Of a stretch of 64,000 nucleotides of DNA, positions 1 to 13,179 are shown in pieces. This DNA comes from Callorhinchus milii (Eukaryota). Under the pieces are notes generated by a model, which saw only the letters and a program-made list of their open reading frames with translations, was not told where the DNA came from and did not search any database. Position 1 is the first letter of the stretch; every line of letters starts with the position of its first letter. The stretch covers positions 26,166,001 through 26,230,000 of the forward strand of contig NW_024704742.1 in the NCBI RefSeq assembly GCF_018977255.1. The letters are read 5' to 3'. A program made the position numbers and the translations under genes.

Positions 1-951
1 TCGTCATTTTAGGACTTGTATCTTGCGGCATTTAAATAAATTTGTCAGCAATTCACACAATTTCGGACGCACATCAGAAGTCACGATTAGTGCAGCAGCT
101 TCCAGTTTATGCACATCTAATTCAGGGCGACCCCCATTACAATGCGGTGTCTTAGATCCAAAAAATCAATCACTACTTTACTACCACAAACAAAAACAGC
201 CACTGGTCCTCAGGTTACCGATGACATCACTCATGCAGCAAGCTGGCCGTTCAGCTGCCACCAATCTTAGGGAGTGTTTCTAGCACTGGAAATCCTCCTG
301 AGAGCAGTCAGGGCTGACCAGCTGTCTTCCTAAACACTGCAAGAGTGCACATGAAGCAGGCCATTCCACATCTAAAGCTGATGTACACAACACTTCCAAT
401 AACTCCAGGTCCACGGGACATCTGAATTCTAAGCAAACACATGCTGCAGCGAGACGCTGAGTAACAGGGTCGCCCTGTATATTATGTGGAGTAGGGAAGT
501 TTGATTTGTGTTCGTTGATGTGAAGGGTGAGAGTGGCAGAATGAATTAAATCAGCATCAACATCCAGCAGTAGCAAATCTGATATCGTATGAAGCTTGGT
601 TACATTTTGGGAGGAAAATCTTTGAAGGAGAAAAAATCTGGGAGGATCCCAACCTCTGTTCCTTGTGTCCCACTCGCCCTCACACTCCCATACTTGTATT
701 TAAATCCCTATGCGTCCACGTTCCATTCCCCACACTGCCATTAGTTTATCTCCCAATCCTTCTCTCTCATCCACAGGCACATAGAACCTCACAACACAGC
801 CCTCCTCAATGAGACTTTAATCCAGGATCCCATCTGCTTGCTCTCGAGTTCCAGCAAATAAAATCCCTCCTTTGGTTGTTTTAACACAGGCCCTCAATAA
901 AGACAGAGGGTTATTCCCCACTGAATTAAAGGAAGTCGTGTGATACATTAC

Positions 952-1013
952 CTCACTATCCATCATTTGGAATATGTCCTTATATGCCATATAGACTTGG
1001 AAAGAATTGATAC
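952..1013 (-). CDS. CRMP1: CRMP1 exon 5 ((G)INSFQVYMAYKDIFQMMDSE); gene continues beyond window start
   Basis: 62 nt, ACAG acceptor, GTAATG donor; NSFQVYMAYKD is CRMP1-type. Confidence 0.95.
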
Positions 1014-2432
1014 CTGTTTGAAACAAAGAAAATACATTTATCAGAGATTGCAATACAATATATCAACTGTTTAATTTTGTATCAATCACCAAATCATGGT
1101 ACTTAATTATGGAGATATTTTCATAAACCTGAATAACATTATTTTAGAATTAAACTCTGGAGGAAGAGCACTTCAAGTTCTGGCTGACAATGGTCTAGGA
1201 CCTGGCTCATTGGCAGGACCTGTTGCATTTGACACCCAACAACTGTAGATTTGAAGTCCCTGTGAACTTCCTGGTGACACAACACAGCTCAGCATAAAAT
1301 GCATGACAGCATTGCCACAGTCTTCCTGCCTACAGCTCGAATACCCACCCCTACCTATTGAGCAATGGTTCCACCAGTTGGAGGTGCGAAACTTAAGCAG
1401 CAGCTCTCTGCAATCCATTCAAGATGGACCCAAACCTTGGATAAATGAGGGTATGTTCACAAACCGAGAGCTTTTGCTATCCCAATAATAAAATCTAATG
1501 AACATAAGTAAGCTCAGCAGCAGAAAAATATATTGTGTAGACATTTGGTTGTTTTAAATCTTTTTTTTAATGACCTGCTCTGTGTCAATTGTTTTCTCTC
1601 AGAAAGACTATGTGGCAGCATTAAAATAAAGTACATTCCCAGTGAATGAACTACCCTCCAAACAAATACAATACAATTTCACTTATATTGTGCCTTTCAC
1701 ATCAGTGAGATGTTTCAAGTTGTTTTACACTGCTGGTGAGCCATCCAAGCCGGGGACAGGGATAGATGGGAGCCCAAGAGAGTGGGAGGGGAAAGATGTC
1801 GGAAAGCATGGTCAAAGAGGTCAAGTCTTGAGGCAGGATTAAACCACAGTGCTTGGACTAATGTGGTGAACAAACAACACAGGATTAAACAACTTTGACA
1901 ATTGTTTTTAAATCAGTTCATATAGTCCTGGCTCGATTTAATAGGTAATTGAATCATGGAACCAAGCATTGCTCATTATACAATTAGGAATTAGCCATAA
2001 TACAAGGGTTACACTATGGATAAGGTGTTACAACGTGATAAGGCACTATATTAAATGCAAGTATTATTTATTATCATTATTCTAGTGGTTGCAATTGCAA
2101 GTTCAATCTTCAGTAAAGTAACGTGTAAAAAATAAGTGTTTAGGTAAATAGCAAATTATGCTTCTCAAATGCTTCAAGATGCAGCACATATTACATTTCG
2201 GCTGTAACAATACAACCTACATGTTACCTTTACATTATTCCTATCCATCAAGCCAGGGCCAGCCAGCAAGTTGCATGACTGCCAAAACACTTGAGTTTTT
2301 AATAGAACCATTGGATTAAGTACGGAAATCCAATGATGGTTTCTAGAACTCCCAAACCGTTCCAGATAATTACCTTCCCTTTCCATTCCCCCTCCCCAAA
2401 AGAGATTTAATTGAAAAAATAAGTTTATTGAC

Positions 2433-2597
2433 CTTTTTCTTGAACCAAGACCTCCAGCTCTTCTTTGATTCCTTCGTTCCACTGAGGGATGTCCACATGC
2501 AGCGAGTAGTCACAGCATGATCGGTTATCAGCTGCTTCATGCCATTTTTCAAAAGCTGTCAACAAACTACTGTCCCTTTCTGGCACAACATGATCAA
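2433..2597 (-). CDS. CRMP1: CRMP1 exon 4 ([55 protein letters not shown](G))
   Basis: 165 nt, TTCCAG acceptor, GTCAAT donor, phase 1/1; [11 protein letters not shown] motif of CRMPs. Confidence 0.95.
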
Positions 2598-2800
2598 CTG
2601 GAAGCAACGCATTTTAAAAGATAAGTCACAAGGCTGTAAAATTCAGAAACACATGCAGCAAATATTTTCCATCTCAACTAATTTATCTGTCATAGAGCAT
2701 TAGCATGCATCAGCGGGTTTCAGAACAGAGGATGTCCCTTTCAGTATCATGCATTAATCAACATCTGCTCAACTGAAAAGAGGAAAGGTACGTCTCTTAC

Positions 2801-2985
2801 TTATCATTGTGCTTCCGCCTGCCAAGGCTGCCTTTGTTCCTTGAAAGAAGTCATCCACACTAGTCGTGTTCAGGTAGGGCTTTAGCAGACACGTGTTTGC
2901 ATCGATCCCTCCGGGGATAACCATCCTGCCGTTTGCCTCAATAGTTTTCACACCTCCAGGAACAGTCAGGTTATCTCCAACTTGT
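2801..2985 (-). CDS. CRMP1: CRMP1 exon 3 ([61 protein letters not shown])
   Basis: 185 nt, CCAG acceptor and GTAAGA donor, phases 2/1 fit neighbours; ID.NT.L.KP is the CRMP1-type form of the dihydropyrimidinase HxH motif. Confidence 0.96.
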
Positions 2986-5799
2986 CTGGAGGGACAACAA
3001 AAGGTTCAACTGTTTTACAAATAAATTCCAATACAAAAGATATCTCAGTGATAGAGATAGCTCAGGGTTTTTATATCGACAAATGATACCACCTTTTGAT
3101 ATAAAACATACAGTTGACATAATGTCCAGTGTGTTGGTTGCAGCAGTTTAAAAGAGCCACACCCTTTTTTTTCCCCAACTTGAATTGATCACCCAGAGGG
3201 ATAAGCGCTCCTGGACACAACCTTGCATGAAGGGCGCTAATATAATTGCAAGTTGTTGTTGTGATATTTGTCAGGTGGAGAAGATGCTTTATAGAGCCAT
3301 TGGCCATGCTTCATCCCAACACAAAACACTTCATCACCTTGCCCTGTGACAAACCTGATATAGAATAGTTTATAATAATAATCCTTGCATTTGATATACT
3401 TAAATATAAAGGGTTGATATGTTAGTTGTTTTTTTAAACTCTGGCTCATTTGTGCTCTGTACATCTCCTATAGAAATACAGACCCAAGTGGGAATCAGCC
3501 CAGACCACCACAGCTTGGCATGTGTGGGGTCCTCCGACGGTGTGATGTGATTTATGAGCTACAGTCAACTAGCAACAATGCAGTTGGGTGAAGCTAATGA
3601 AGGCTGGAGCACAGTTCAATCATTCACCCCAACCAGTAACTAGCACATTATTGGAATCCGGGCAAGCTCTCTTGCCTTCAGAAGCTATGCTCGCTTGCTA
3701 CACCTCCGTTAGCCTGCAAATTATGACATGAGAACATCTCAGCATTGTCAATCTCCCACACAGTAGATCTGACTAGTACGACAGATAGTTTAAAACATTT
3801 TCACGTGGGTCATCGGGTCAAAAATACTTTATTGAATGTCAGACCACAATAATTCATCTGTTAATGATAGATATCATTGGTAAAAATCACATAAAGAGAT
3901 ACATATAATTTGCATGCAAAAATATAATCTCTGGTATATCTGTCATTTTCTTCCACTTTATTAGACCGTGAAATTTATTGCAAAGTTAATAGTTTATTAT
4001 TGGCTAATAAAAGTAAAGGGTAAATAATGTTGTTATTACCATTGTACCCTACATATATAGTCACAAACAAACCCTAGTCATGGTATAGATTTTACAAAAC
4101 TAAACAAAAATACAAATATACCTGCCACCACCAAAAAACAGCACAAACATTTAAAAAATGAAAATAATTTGCTTTGCAAAATTCATTTCAGTTTCACTGT
4201 CAGTTTCACAGAAATGTACTGGGAACCTGCAGCAGTTCTTCAAAACTTAAGCTTTTTTCTCTTCATGAACAGCTGAGTAATACCAACGTCCAAGTATTGT
4301 TCAAATCATTGAACAACTTGGTTGTAACTCAAATCGATGACAGTAGGCATGAAGAGATTGGTTCATTTAAGTCAGTTTATATTCCTTTCAAGCCTCAGAT
4401 TGTGGCCTGCATTTCAGAAAGTGGGGATTGGTTGTTTCTGTGGACTTCTCTAATGTACTATACACCACAGCTCCCTCCATGCTGGCTGGAGAACATGCCT
4501 GCTGCTCTTCTGCATCTTTGACAGAAGCCTGTCCATTCAAAATTCTGTCGCTGAAACAGACCATCAGCTCCTGGTTGTCAGGGGAAAATGCCATTGTTTT
4601 GAGCACTAGGAGTTGGTAGAGGAGAGGTTGGGGGAAAGGAAACGGTTCCAATCACCAGGGAAACGGTAGACAATTTGTAAGGTACTGGCTCAGTAGAGGT
4701 GAATAAGTCTCCCTGAGAAAAGTAAATGCCACAGAATCCTCATGTTCATCATCCATCAGTTGTTGGGGACATTCAATACGGTTCACAAATCAGCACATGG
4801 AAAGTGCGGTGACTGGGATCACTAATATGCCTGTTAGCAACAAGGTGACTCCACAATTTTGCAAGGAAGTGCAAACCACCATTAGTTTGTGTTATGCCCC
4901 ACTTATATAGATAGTCACATACACAGTCACTCAACTTGTTGACAAAAAACAAATATCCTTTCTCTTGATTCTAGCACGAAGGCCGACAGGTCTAGAGAAA
5001 GGATTTGAGTGGTTCGCTGTGGAAATATTATGTCAAAATAGAGTATCTGCTGTTCCTCTTTTCTGGAAACAGGGCAAATAGTGTTTTCTCAAACCAGCAA
5101 ATCTTAAATACGGCTTCTTTCAGAAGTCAGGAGTAAAACGTACATAGAAGAATGACCACATTCCCCACCCACCAACCTAGTACATCCAGCAAATGTGAAC
5201 TGGTAGCCTGTTTATATTGCAAATTCGAATTTTTTTGTTCAGAGAAAGACTTTTCAATAGGGGAATTTACTGGTAGTTCCACCTTCTCCATGTGCAGCAA
5301 TGGGTTCTCAAGAGTATATGTGGGGAAACAGTCTCCACCAACTGCAGAGGAAGATCAGATAAGCAATCTTTACCTCAGACATAACTAACTTTTGTCTAAG
5401 AGAGAGAGACACTTATGGCTAAAGAATGCAATTGCTGAAAATAAAGTTTCACTTATTTGATGTCCGAGCTGCCACGTTGGTTCCCTTCCATGGTACAATG
5501 TTAAATATTTACACCAACGTTTATCAACCATAAAATCAGCACTGGTCTTAAAGCAGTCTAAGCGATGGAAATTATAACACGCAAACTAATGGTGGTTTGA
5601 AACCCACCCATGGAGGTTTTTACACTGACAATATTGATTTCTTAATGTCTTATAAAGGCCTGTGAAATTTGACTAGGAATGCCACTAATATAATGTCGGT
5701 ATTTTTGGTCCAGCATTTCAGTTAACACACCACCACAACAAGAAAGTGCAAAGAAAGTTTGTGTTATATCCCACATATATAGATAGTCACATACACAGT

Positions 5800-6010
5800 T
5801 TGCTGAGCAGAGTGAGAGGACAGGCCGACATTGTGTTAAGAGGTCACAGAGGTACGAAGGAGCAAAGCCGGGGAGGGCTTTGAAGACGAGAACAAGGATT
5901 TTGAACTCTATCCTGTGGGGCATGTGGAACCAGGCGAGCGTGGAGGCGATAGGTTCACGGAGCCTGGTCTGGGAGAGTATACAAGCTGGGGAAGCAGAAC
6001 GAGTCATGGT
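5800..6010 (-). mobile_element. L2 fragment
   Basis: RIEFKILVLVFKAL.GFAPSYLCDLL. Confidence 0.8.
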
Positions 6011-6549
6011 ACACAGTACTCTGTCTTTCAGTACTGTTTTAGAGATATGATTATGGTGCAAAATAATTATTCATTATATTTTCCATCCCACAAACCAATA
6101 TTCTTCTTACCTTTGCCGAAACCTTTGGTCCAAAGTTGAATGGCCAATTCACACAAGAAATGGTTTAAGAAATTATCGCTAATTTTATCCCTAATGTTGC
6201 ATTTGCAATTCATGGGCCCAAATGCTAAGTCTCTGTGTGTCTCTCAAATGCATCTCTTTTCTCTGAACACCCTGCTTGCTTAAAAGCAAGCTTTGCATCT
6301 TCTGCAAATATAGAAATTACACTTTTAATATCTTGGCCAAGATCCCTTATAAACTCAGAATTAAGCTACAGAAGTTCTCATGATGAACCTAGGATTCTCT
6401 GCAGCTCACTGTTGCTAGTCACTGTCATTACTATTGGTCACAACTCTTTGTGTCAATTTCTTAAACCATACCATCCACCCAACCTTGTGCCAATTTCTTA
6501 TTGTTTCCTCCTTTGTATTAAGAACTTTCATTACAGCCACAAATCTCTT

Positions 6550-6825
6550 GATGGCGTTTTGTTTTTGGTGTGTCGGGTGTCTGACACATATGGGAACCTA
6601 TCACCGTGCTTAAGGTTATCCAAACCAAACTGAGAATTCCATGCACCCACCTACACATGGAAATCCCAGAGATAGATTGTAAGAATGGAATGCACACTCT
6701 CTCCCTGGAGGGATGCATCCTATCCACCCAATTCCGGAAAGTATTAGGTGAAGGTTGGAAAGAGTCAAGGCTTGGGGACCCCAGAGTGTGTGTTGGGGTA
6801 CTACTGGAGTCTCACCAGCTGTACC
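6550..6825 (+). repeat. Unclassified dispersed repeat (other copies at 14160-14565, 28452-28620 with 29625-29880 on minus, 30170-30280, 43040-43385, 50980-51090)
   Basis: Shared TGCTTAAG...GAGAATTCCATG...CATGGAAAT...GGTTGGCAAGAGCCAAGGCTTGGGGACCCCAGA...GGGTACTGCTGGAGTCTAACCA. Confidence 0.75.
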
Positions 6826-7313
6826 CAATGCACACTTGATGGTGTTAGTCCATTGGAAGTTCAGAAGATATTAAACTACTAAGACTATTCACCTGTGATT
6901 CCAATAGAGACAAGCAACAGACACGAAGGGTTTAAATGCACTTGTCCCAGAGATCTTATCCAAGACCTGATCCTATTTATTTTTGTAATGTAACACTGAG
7001 TCATGATACAAACATAACAAACATTATGTTCTACCCATGCACTGCTCTTTGATGGAGCAGTTACATTTTACCGCAAAAAGGTTACTTTTTATTAATAAGT
7101 TTATTAATTAATAATACCACAAAAAGTAATCTTATTGCTAGGTTTTCAATATAGATGTTATATGATTCATATCCCTTACCTTTAACCAGAAATCCCATGA
7201 CATATATTATTCATAATATTAGGCTTAAGTCTGACTCATTACTATTTAAACGTTTTTGTTGTCCCATCGCTAAACCAATATACAGCACATATATGCTTGT
7301 CAAAAATACTTAC

Positions 7314-7402
7314 TTGATGATTCCATCTTCCAGGTAAATATCAGCATAACAGGACTGGTCATCATTGATGATCCTCCCACCTTTAATTAGGATCCTGTCA
7401 CT
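7314..7402 (-). CDS. CRMP1: CRMP1 exon 2 ([29 protein letters not shown](K))
   Basis: 89 nt, TTTTTAG acceptor and GTAAGT donor; peptide matches the CRMP SDRLLIKGG..NDDQS..AD.Y.EDG segment; not in the ORF track. Confidence 0.96.
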
Positions 7403-7789
7403 CTAAAAAGAAAATACATCAAACATATGAGTGAACAACAAGAAAAGCACATTCATTCAGCAGCTAAATATCCAGAATCACAGGAGTCAAAAGATAATAT
7501 CTATGATCTGAAAATTATGATCGTTTTCCTCCAGGAAGAGCTAAGCCACAAATAACTATGTTAACTTCCTGTATAGTGACTCCTGTCAGTAATCGCAGAT
7601 GCGTCAGACTGACTTTTACTTTGTGGATATAAAGTGACTTAATTGTCCTAACCGCTTTCAACCTCTCTGATTTTCTTCCCTCCTCACCTGCAAGTGTGGT
7701 CTCATGCTGGAGGGCAGTTCTGTATCTATTCGTCTGTTCCAACCTGATCTCTAGACATGTCACAAGTCTAGCGGTCTAGAGTGACCCAA

Positions 7790-8035
7790 CATCAGAGGTC
7801 GCGCTTTCAGCCACTATGCCCCGAAACTCTGGAACACTCTCTCTCAATCTCTCCGCCATGCCCCCTCTCGCCCCCTTTTCAGGTCCTGCCTAAAAACCTT
7901 CCTCTTCGACCGTGCTTACAGACACCTCCCCGCCACCAGCTCGGAGTCAGGCCCCGCCGCTGTTAAGCGCTCTGAGACTCTACCCTGCGTGGAGGGCGCT
8001 ATATAAGTACAAGTTGTTGTTGTTGCTGTTGTTGT
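7790..8035 (+). mobile_element. L2 3' end
   Basis: AAGCGCTCTGAGAC...GGCGCTATATAAGTACAAG(TTG)n. Confidence 0.8.
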
Positions 8036-9979
8036 CACACTATGGAATTAGGTAGCTCCAGAGGGGAAGTTATCACCAGCGAGGATTAAACAGGCCAACT
8101 GGCCTTTTATGCTCTATTCCAAAATTTTAGCACTGACTCAGCTTAAAGTAACCAATTCAGCACAAACCCCAGATCGAGTTTCAGGTTTCCCTGTTCTCTG
8201 TGGCTCAGTTCTACACAAATATCTCCAAAGGGTTCAATGCTCTCTATTGCCAAGCAAACCTGTCTTTACACTCCAGGTCTGCAGTGTGTTTTGAATGCTT
8301 GAATTAGTCTAACACCTCTAACCACTGCCACCTCTCCTTTTTGTAATAATTAACATACGCACTGTGAATTCTGACCTCCAAGGTGGTTTGAGCTTGGAAC
8401 TGCATTACCTCCTCATTCTCTGGAATGTACTTGGAGGCAGTACTGTATAAACTAGCCTGGATTTCCCCTCCGGAGACCGGTTTCTCATTACCGTAACAGA
8501 ATGGTCCTACGGTTCAATAAACACAAAATCACTTGTAAAATTGCTGAGCAGGAGAAGAGGTGGCTCCCAGACCATACTATGAAACAAGGTCACCTCACTG
8601 AGTTTGGAGATTTGAGTGCGGATTTGACTGCTAACCTAGGTCAGTATGAACCTGTTTAACAAGTTGCTAGACAGTCCACCAAACAGCATGAATTACCTTT
8701 CAACTTTCTGTTCTTATAAAATGGGCATCTTGTAAATCCTTCAAAATCTGAGTGCAGTGGGGGAGGACATGATAGTATCCATTATCATAATGTGAGAAGG
8801 AACCCAGAAAAAGATTCTTGCCGAAAAGTACAGATAATTTGTGTCATTTTTCTAGAACCAATGTTAATCCTACACTCAAATGTGCAAAGTGCTTCATTGG
8901 ATAACAGATTTGTTACGTTGAGCATGGGGGAGGGGGGTGGGGAAGAAACTGTGATATAAAAAAGATTTAACCGTATAAGTCAACCACTTTCCCCCAACAG
9001 TAGCTTTATGATATAAACAGTTCACCAATAAGTGAACGCTTCCTGACTGCTAGTGAGGCATTGCTGTGAGCAAGTTGACTTCTACCTTTGCCTACAAAAT
9101 ATACATTCACTACACTTTACAATAAGTCCTGTGAACCACTTTGAGAAAATAGGATAATACCTAATCCTAATTTAATTCTGAAACATGCTTAATACTATCT
9201 GAACCACAAAACTATTTGCATGAAATATGAACATTTCTTTATAATAATAACCCTTATATTTAGTATAGTGATTTTTTTTATGTCTGGAAGATATCTGAAA
9301 ACGCTTCACTGGATTTACTTTAACACTATGTCTGTATTCCAACACACATTTCACACTCTTGTTAGAAACCAACTTTGCTAAATTACTATATATGATTTTT
9401 TAAAAAAGATTGTATTCTGAACTCTTAAAATAAAAAACAGGCCTATCATTTACTGCTAAATATCTACAGCAACACACAATTACACTGCAGAATTTGATGT
9501 AATCATAAGATTGAACAAGGTTCAGAGTTCTTGAGAATCATATTTGTAAAATAGTTCAGATTACTAAAATCACAAGTGCCTTTCACATCGGGAAGACATC
9601 TCAAAATGCTGGGAGCCCAATCTTGGGGCGGAGAGAGTTAAAGAAGGTAGAATACTAAGCTCAAAATTTAAATGATATTTTGTTGGTGCTTTAGAACCAA
9701 ACTTTCCATTACTGAGTTCTCAGCTTCGATGTAATCATAACCAAGTCCTTTGGTGGGGACAATGGAGGGCCTTTGTAGAAGGGAGAATAATAACTAAGCA
9801 TGAACTGGATTAGAAGATAGCAATAAAAAATTATAGATCAAATTGATTAAGTTGCCTGTAGCATTAGAATAGTTAATAAAGAATTAAAACTATGTCAGGA
9901 ACCCACATCACATATCCTGTACCTTAATAGCTGTGTTACTCTTATGAATTCTCCAGATTTACCAAGATAGTAGAACGAG

Positions 9980-10220
9980 AGGCCACAGTTTATAGAACTG
10001 CAAAGGGCAATTTCAGGACAGACAACAGGAAGAATTTCTTTACCCAGAAGATAATTAATGATTGGAACCAGGAATGGTGCCAAGAAAGGTGGTTGAAGCC
10101 AGGACCTTGAACTCATTTAAAAAGCAGCTTGATGCTGTGAAGGGAGGAGAGTAGGGTGGGTGATCTGGAAACATAAAATCAGATGGACCGAAGGATTTCT
10201 TAATCCATACTTGCGATCTT
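9980..10220 (+). mobile_element. CR1-like 3' end
   Basis: GGCAATTTCAGGACAGACAACAGGAAGAATTTCTTTACCCAG. Confidence 0.65.
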
Positions 10221-10493
10221 ATGATCGGTTTGTTTTAACACTGGAGTTTACTGAATGGACAAATATACAATAAAGTGTCTCACCCACTCCCTCCAAGACA
10301 AAAATCGCATTCATTATATGCCATGACATCAGCAGACAATCATTTTGCATAAATATAGGAATGGCATCAGATCTATGTACTCAAGTGAGATCTTTGAGTT
10401 TGTTGTGAGTTACACTATTACACAACATATACTACTATAATGGGCACCTTTAAAAGGTACCAATGTGTAGTGCCTGGCGCAGTGGTAATGCTC

Positions 10494-10802
10494 TCCTATA
10501 GCTCAGTAGTTAGAGCACTCGCCTCACAAGCGAGAGACCTGGGTTTGATTCCCGGCAGGCAAAACCTTGGGCAAGTTTCCTTACTCCACATGCTTGATAA
10601 TAATCCCCCAAGAAAAAAAAAACAAAAATAATTTGGTCACTTCAATCCACGACTGTTTGTGGGACACTGCTGTGCACAATTGGCTGCTTCGTTTCGCCCA
10701 AACATCCAGTCAATTCACTTTACAGTATATTCTGTGAACAGTTTTGAGACTTCTAGAAGACATGAAAAGTGTTTATATCAAATTCAAGAATTATTATTAT
10801 TA
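10494..10802 (+). mobile_element. tRNA-derived SINE with L2-type tail
   Basis: A box TAGCTCAGTAG, degenerate B box GGTTTGATTCC, (TTA)n tail. Confidence 0.85.
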
Positions 10803-10910
10803 CTCTCGCCTCTTGAGTCAGAAGGTTGTGGGTTCAAGCCCCATGTGGGCCCATGGAATCATATAGTCTAAGCTGATACTCCAATTCAATGCTGGGGTGT
10901 GTGGCATTGC

Positions 10911-11182
10911 GGAGTCCTGTAGCTCAGTGGTTAGAGCACTCGATTTGCAAGTGAGAGACCTGAGTTCAATTCCAGGCAGAGGGCGAAACCTTGGGCAAGT
11001 TTCCTTACTCCAAACGCCTAATAATAATCCCTCCAAAAATAAAACAATAATAAATTGGTCATTTTCAATCTACGACTGTTTGTGAGACATTGCTGTGCGC
11101 AATTGGTCTGTGAAGCGCTTTGGGACGTCTAGAAGACGTGAAAAGCGCTATATCAAATGCAAGGATTATTATTATTATTATT
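10911..11182 (+). mobile_element. tRNA-derived SINE with L2-type tail (internally deleted)
   Basis: GGAGTCCTGTAGCTCAGTGGTTAGAGCAC head; AAGCGCTATATCAAATGCAAGG(ATT)n tail. Confidence 0.9.
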
Positions 11183-11829
11183 GAAGGTGCCGTCCTTCAG
11201 ATGAGACGTTAAACTGAGGTTCCGTCTGCTCATTCAAGTGGACATTAAAGATCCTAAGGCACTATTCGAAAAGAAAAGGGCGTTTCTTCTGGTGTCCTGG
11301 CCAACAATCACCAAATAAAAATTTGTCACCCCCTCCATGGCTGTTCGTGGACATTGCTATGTGCAAACTGGCTGCCAAGTTTCACCCACAAAAATATACA
11401 GTCAATCCACTTTACAGTATATCCTGCAAAGCGCTTTGAGACGTCTCGAAAATGTGATAAGATGCGATTAAAAATGCAAAGATTATGATTATTATTATAT
11501 AATAGTGGGATGCCAATCTTACACCAGAAAATTCTCAAGTAATAATAAATATAAACCCATTGGATATTCAAAGTCAAGAACTTTTTTTTATTATTTGTGT
11601 CACTTTTTCACACTGATAGCCCAACTTCCTGGCCCAAATGCCATCATTCACCATTCTCTTGCTGATAGGTCCCAAGTGATCCGCTCTAAGCTTCTGCTAA
11701 TTCTGCAATGAAGCTTTCAAATCCCTCCACTCTTCGCCCTCCCTGCCTCTTTCCTCTTCTCCAGCCCATTCTCCCGCCTCCTCCCTCCACTCTACAATGT
11801 AGGCCTGCTGCATATCCCTTGTCCCCTCC

Positions 11830-12148
11830 AGCCAAGTTTCCTTACTCCACACGCCTAATAATAATCCCTCCAAAACAAAGCAATAATAAATTGGGTCATT
11901 TTCAATCCACGACTGTTTGTGGGGCACTGCTGTGCGCAATTGGCTGCCGCGTTCGCCCACAAATATACAGTCAATTCACCTTACAGTGTGTTCTGTGAAG
12001 CGCTTTGGGATGTGCTCCCGACATGAAAAGCGCTATATCAAATGCAAGGATTATTATTATTATTATTATTATTCTGTGAAGTGCTTTGAGAAGTCGAAAA
12101 GACGTGAAAAGTGCTGTATCAAATGCAAGGATTATTATTATTATTATT
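11830..12148 (+). mobile_element. 5'-truncated tRNA-SINE with duplicated tail
   Basis: Body matches the other copies; TGTGAAG..GCTTTG...AAATGCAAGG(ATT)n occurs twice. Confidence 0.85.
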
Positions 12149-12689
12149 CCGCCAATGGCAGCTGAGCAGTCACAATGTCCCCGCTCTCTGGAACTCTCCC
12201 AAAATCCCTTAGCTTTTCTCCCTCCCTTCGCTGTTTTTAAAACCTTTCTAAAATTCAACCTCTTTGATCATGTCTTCAGTCACCTACAGCAACTAATTTT
12301 CACCCTGCTCAGGTTTGCACACCATCTCTGTAAAGCACTTTGAGACATCACTCTACTGAAAAGCAATATATTGTTGTTGAATGCTAGGTGACTTAAAAAT
12401 GTCCCAGAATCAATCCTTCTCTAATCCTTCTTGCCTTTGCACCAAGTAATAGAGATACTTTGAGCCTCCAAACTGCTTTTCCTTCATGTCTCGGCCAAGA
12501 TTGAAAACTTACACCATGCATATGAGTGCACACACAGATTCTTTCTGTCCTCAGCATTGAAAAGCCTACTGTTGAGGGAACATTATTTTCTTGGGAAGAC
12601 AGCAAACTCCCTGCCCACCCCCCAACCAAACAAAATGCTAAAACAGCAATAAGAAAATGTCAATGTTTACTTGAGGTGGCTTGAGTGAT

Positions 12690-12920
12690 GTCATAAGATC
12701 GCATTATCATGAGGGGTTTGGATGAAGAATTTGGCTAGAACACCCACCCTACTGTCCTCCCATTACAGCCCTTAAGCTATTTTAAACATGTCCTGCATCC
12801 TGGTTTCAACCACCCTTCCTGGTAACCTGTTCCTGTTGATAATTACTCTTGGGGTAAAGAAATACCGTCTGGGGTCTATCCTGAAATTGCCCTCTGCAAC
12901 TCTAAACCTCCTGCTCTCTT
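12690..12920 (-). mobile_element. CR1-like 3' end
   Basis: F..D.RRYFFT.RVI...NRLP..VVE; similar to the plus-strand copy at 9980-10220. Confidence 0.7.
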
Positions 12921-13179
12921 GTTCCTCTGACTCGGTGCATCCAAAAGTGATGGCAGACACACCCGCAATTGTTGTATCTTTATACAACAGTCACACATTG
13001 TGTACAGTATCCTGAGCAAAAAAAACCCTGTTCTTGAAATAAAAATCTTGGTTGATTATTTTTGACATGTTTTCAGCGCAGCTATCGGTTATTCCCTTGA
13101 ACACTCCTGGCAGAGCGATGTTGTCATTCAATGACAAATTAGCTTTCATTCAGCCTACTTCCCACACCTACATTCATAA

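Larger units (their letters stand above)
10470..11480 (+). mobile_element. DeuSINE-like element interrupted by two younger tRNA-SINE insertions
   Basis: Pieces 10470-10493, 10803-10910 and 11183-11480 rejoin to match the intact copy near 49815; Deu-domain-like GGTGCCGTCCTTCAGATGAGACGTTAAACTGAGG. Confidence 0.8.

Noticed and set aside
280..576. 98-aa minus-strand ORF as possible CRMP1 exon 6
   Set aside because: No similarity to the expected LYEAF..LGA...VHAENGD peptide; exon 6 lies outside the window
10911..10985. tRNA-like sequences at SINE heads (also 28623, 47456, 56490)
   Set aside because: They run into SINE body and L2-type tail and lack a complete acceptor stem; not tRNA genes
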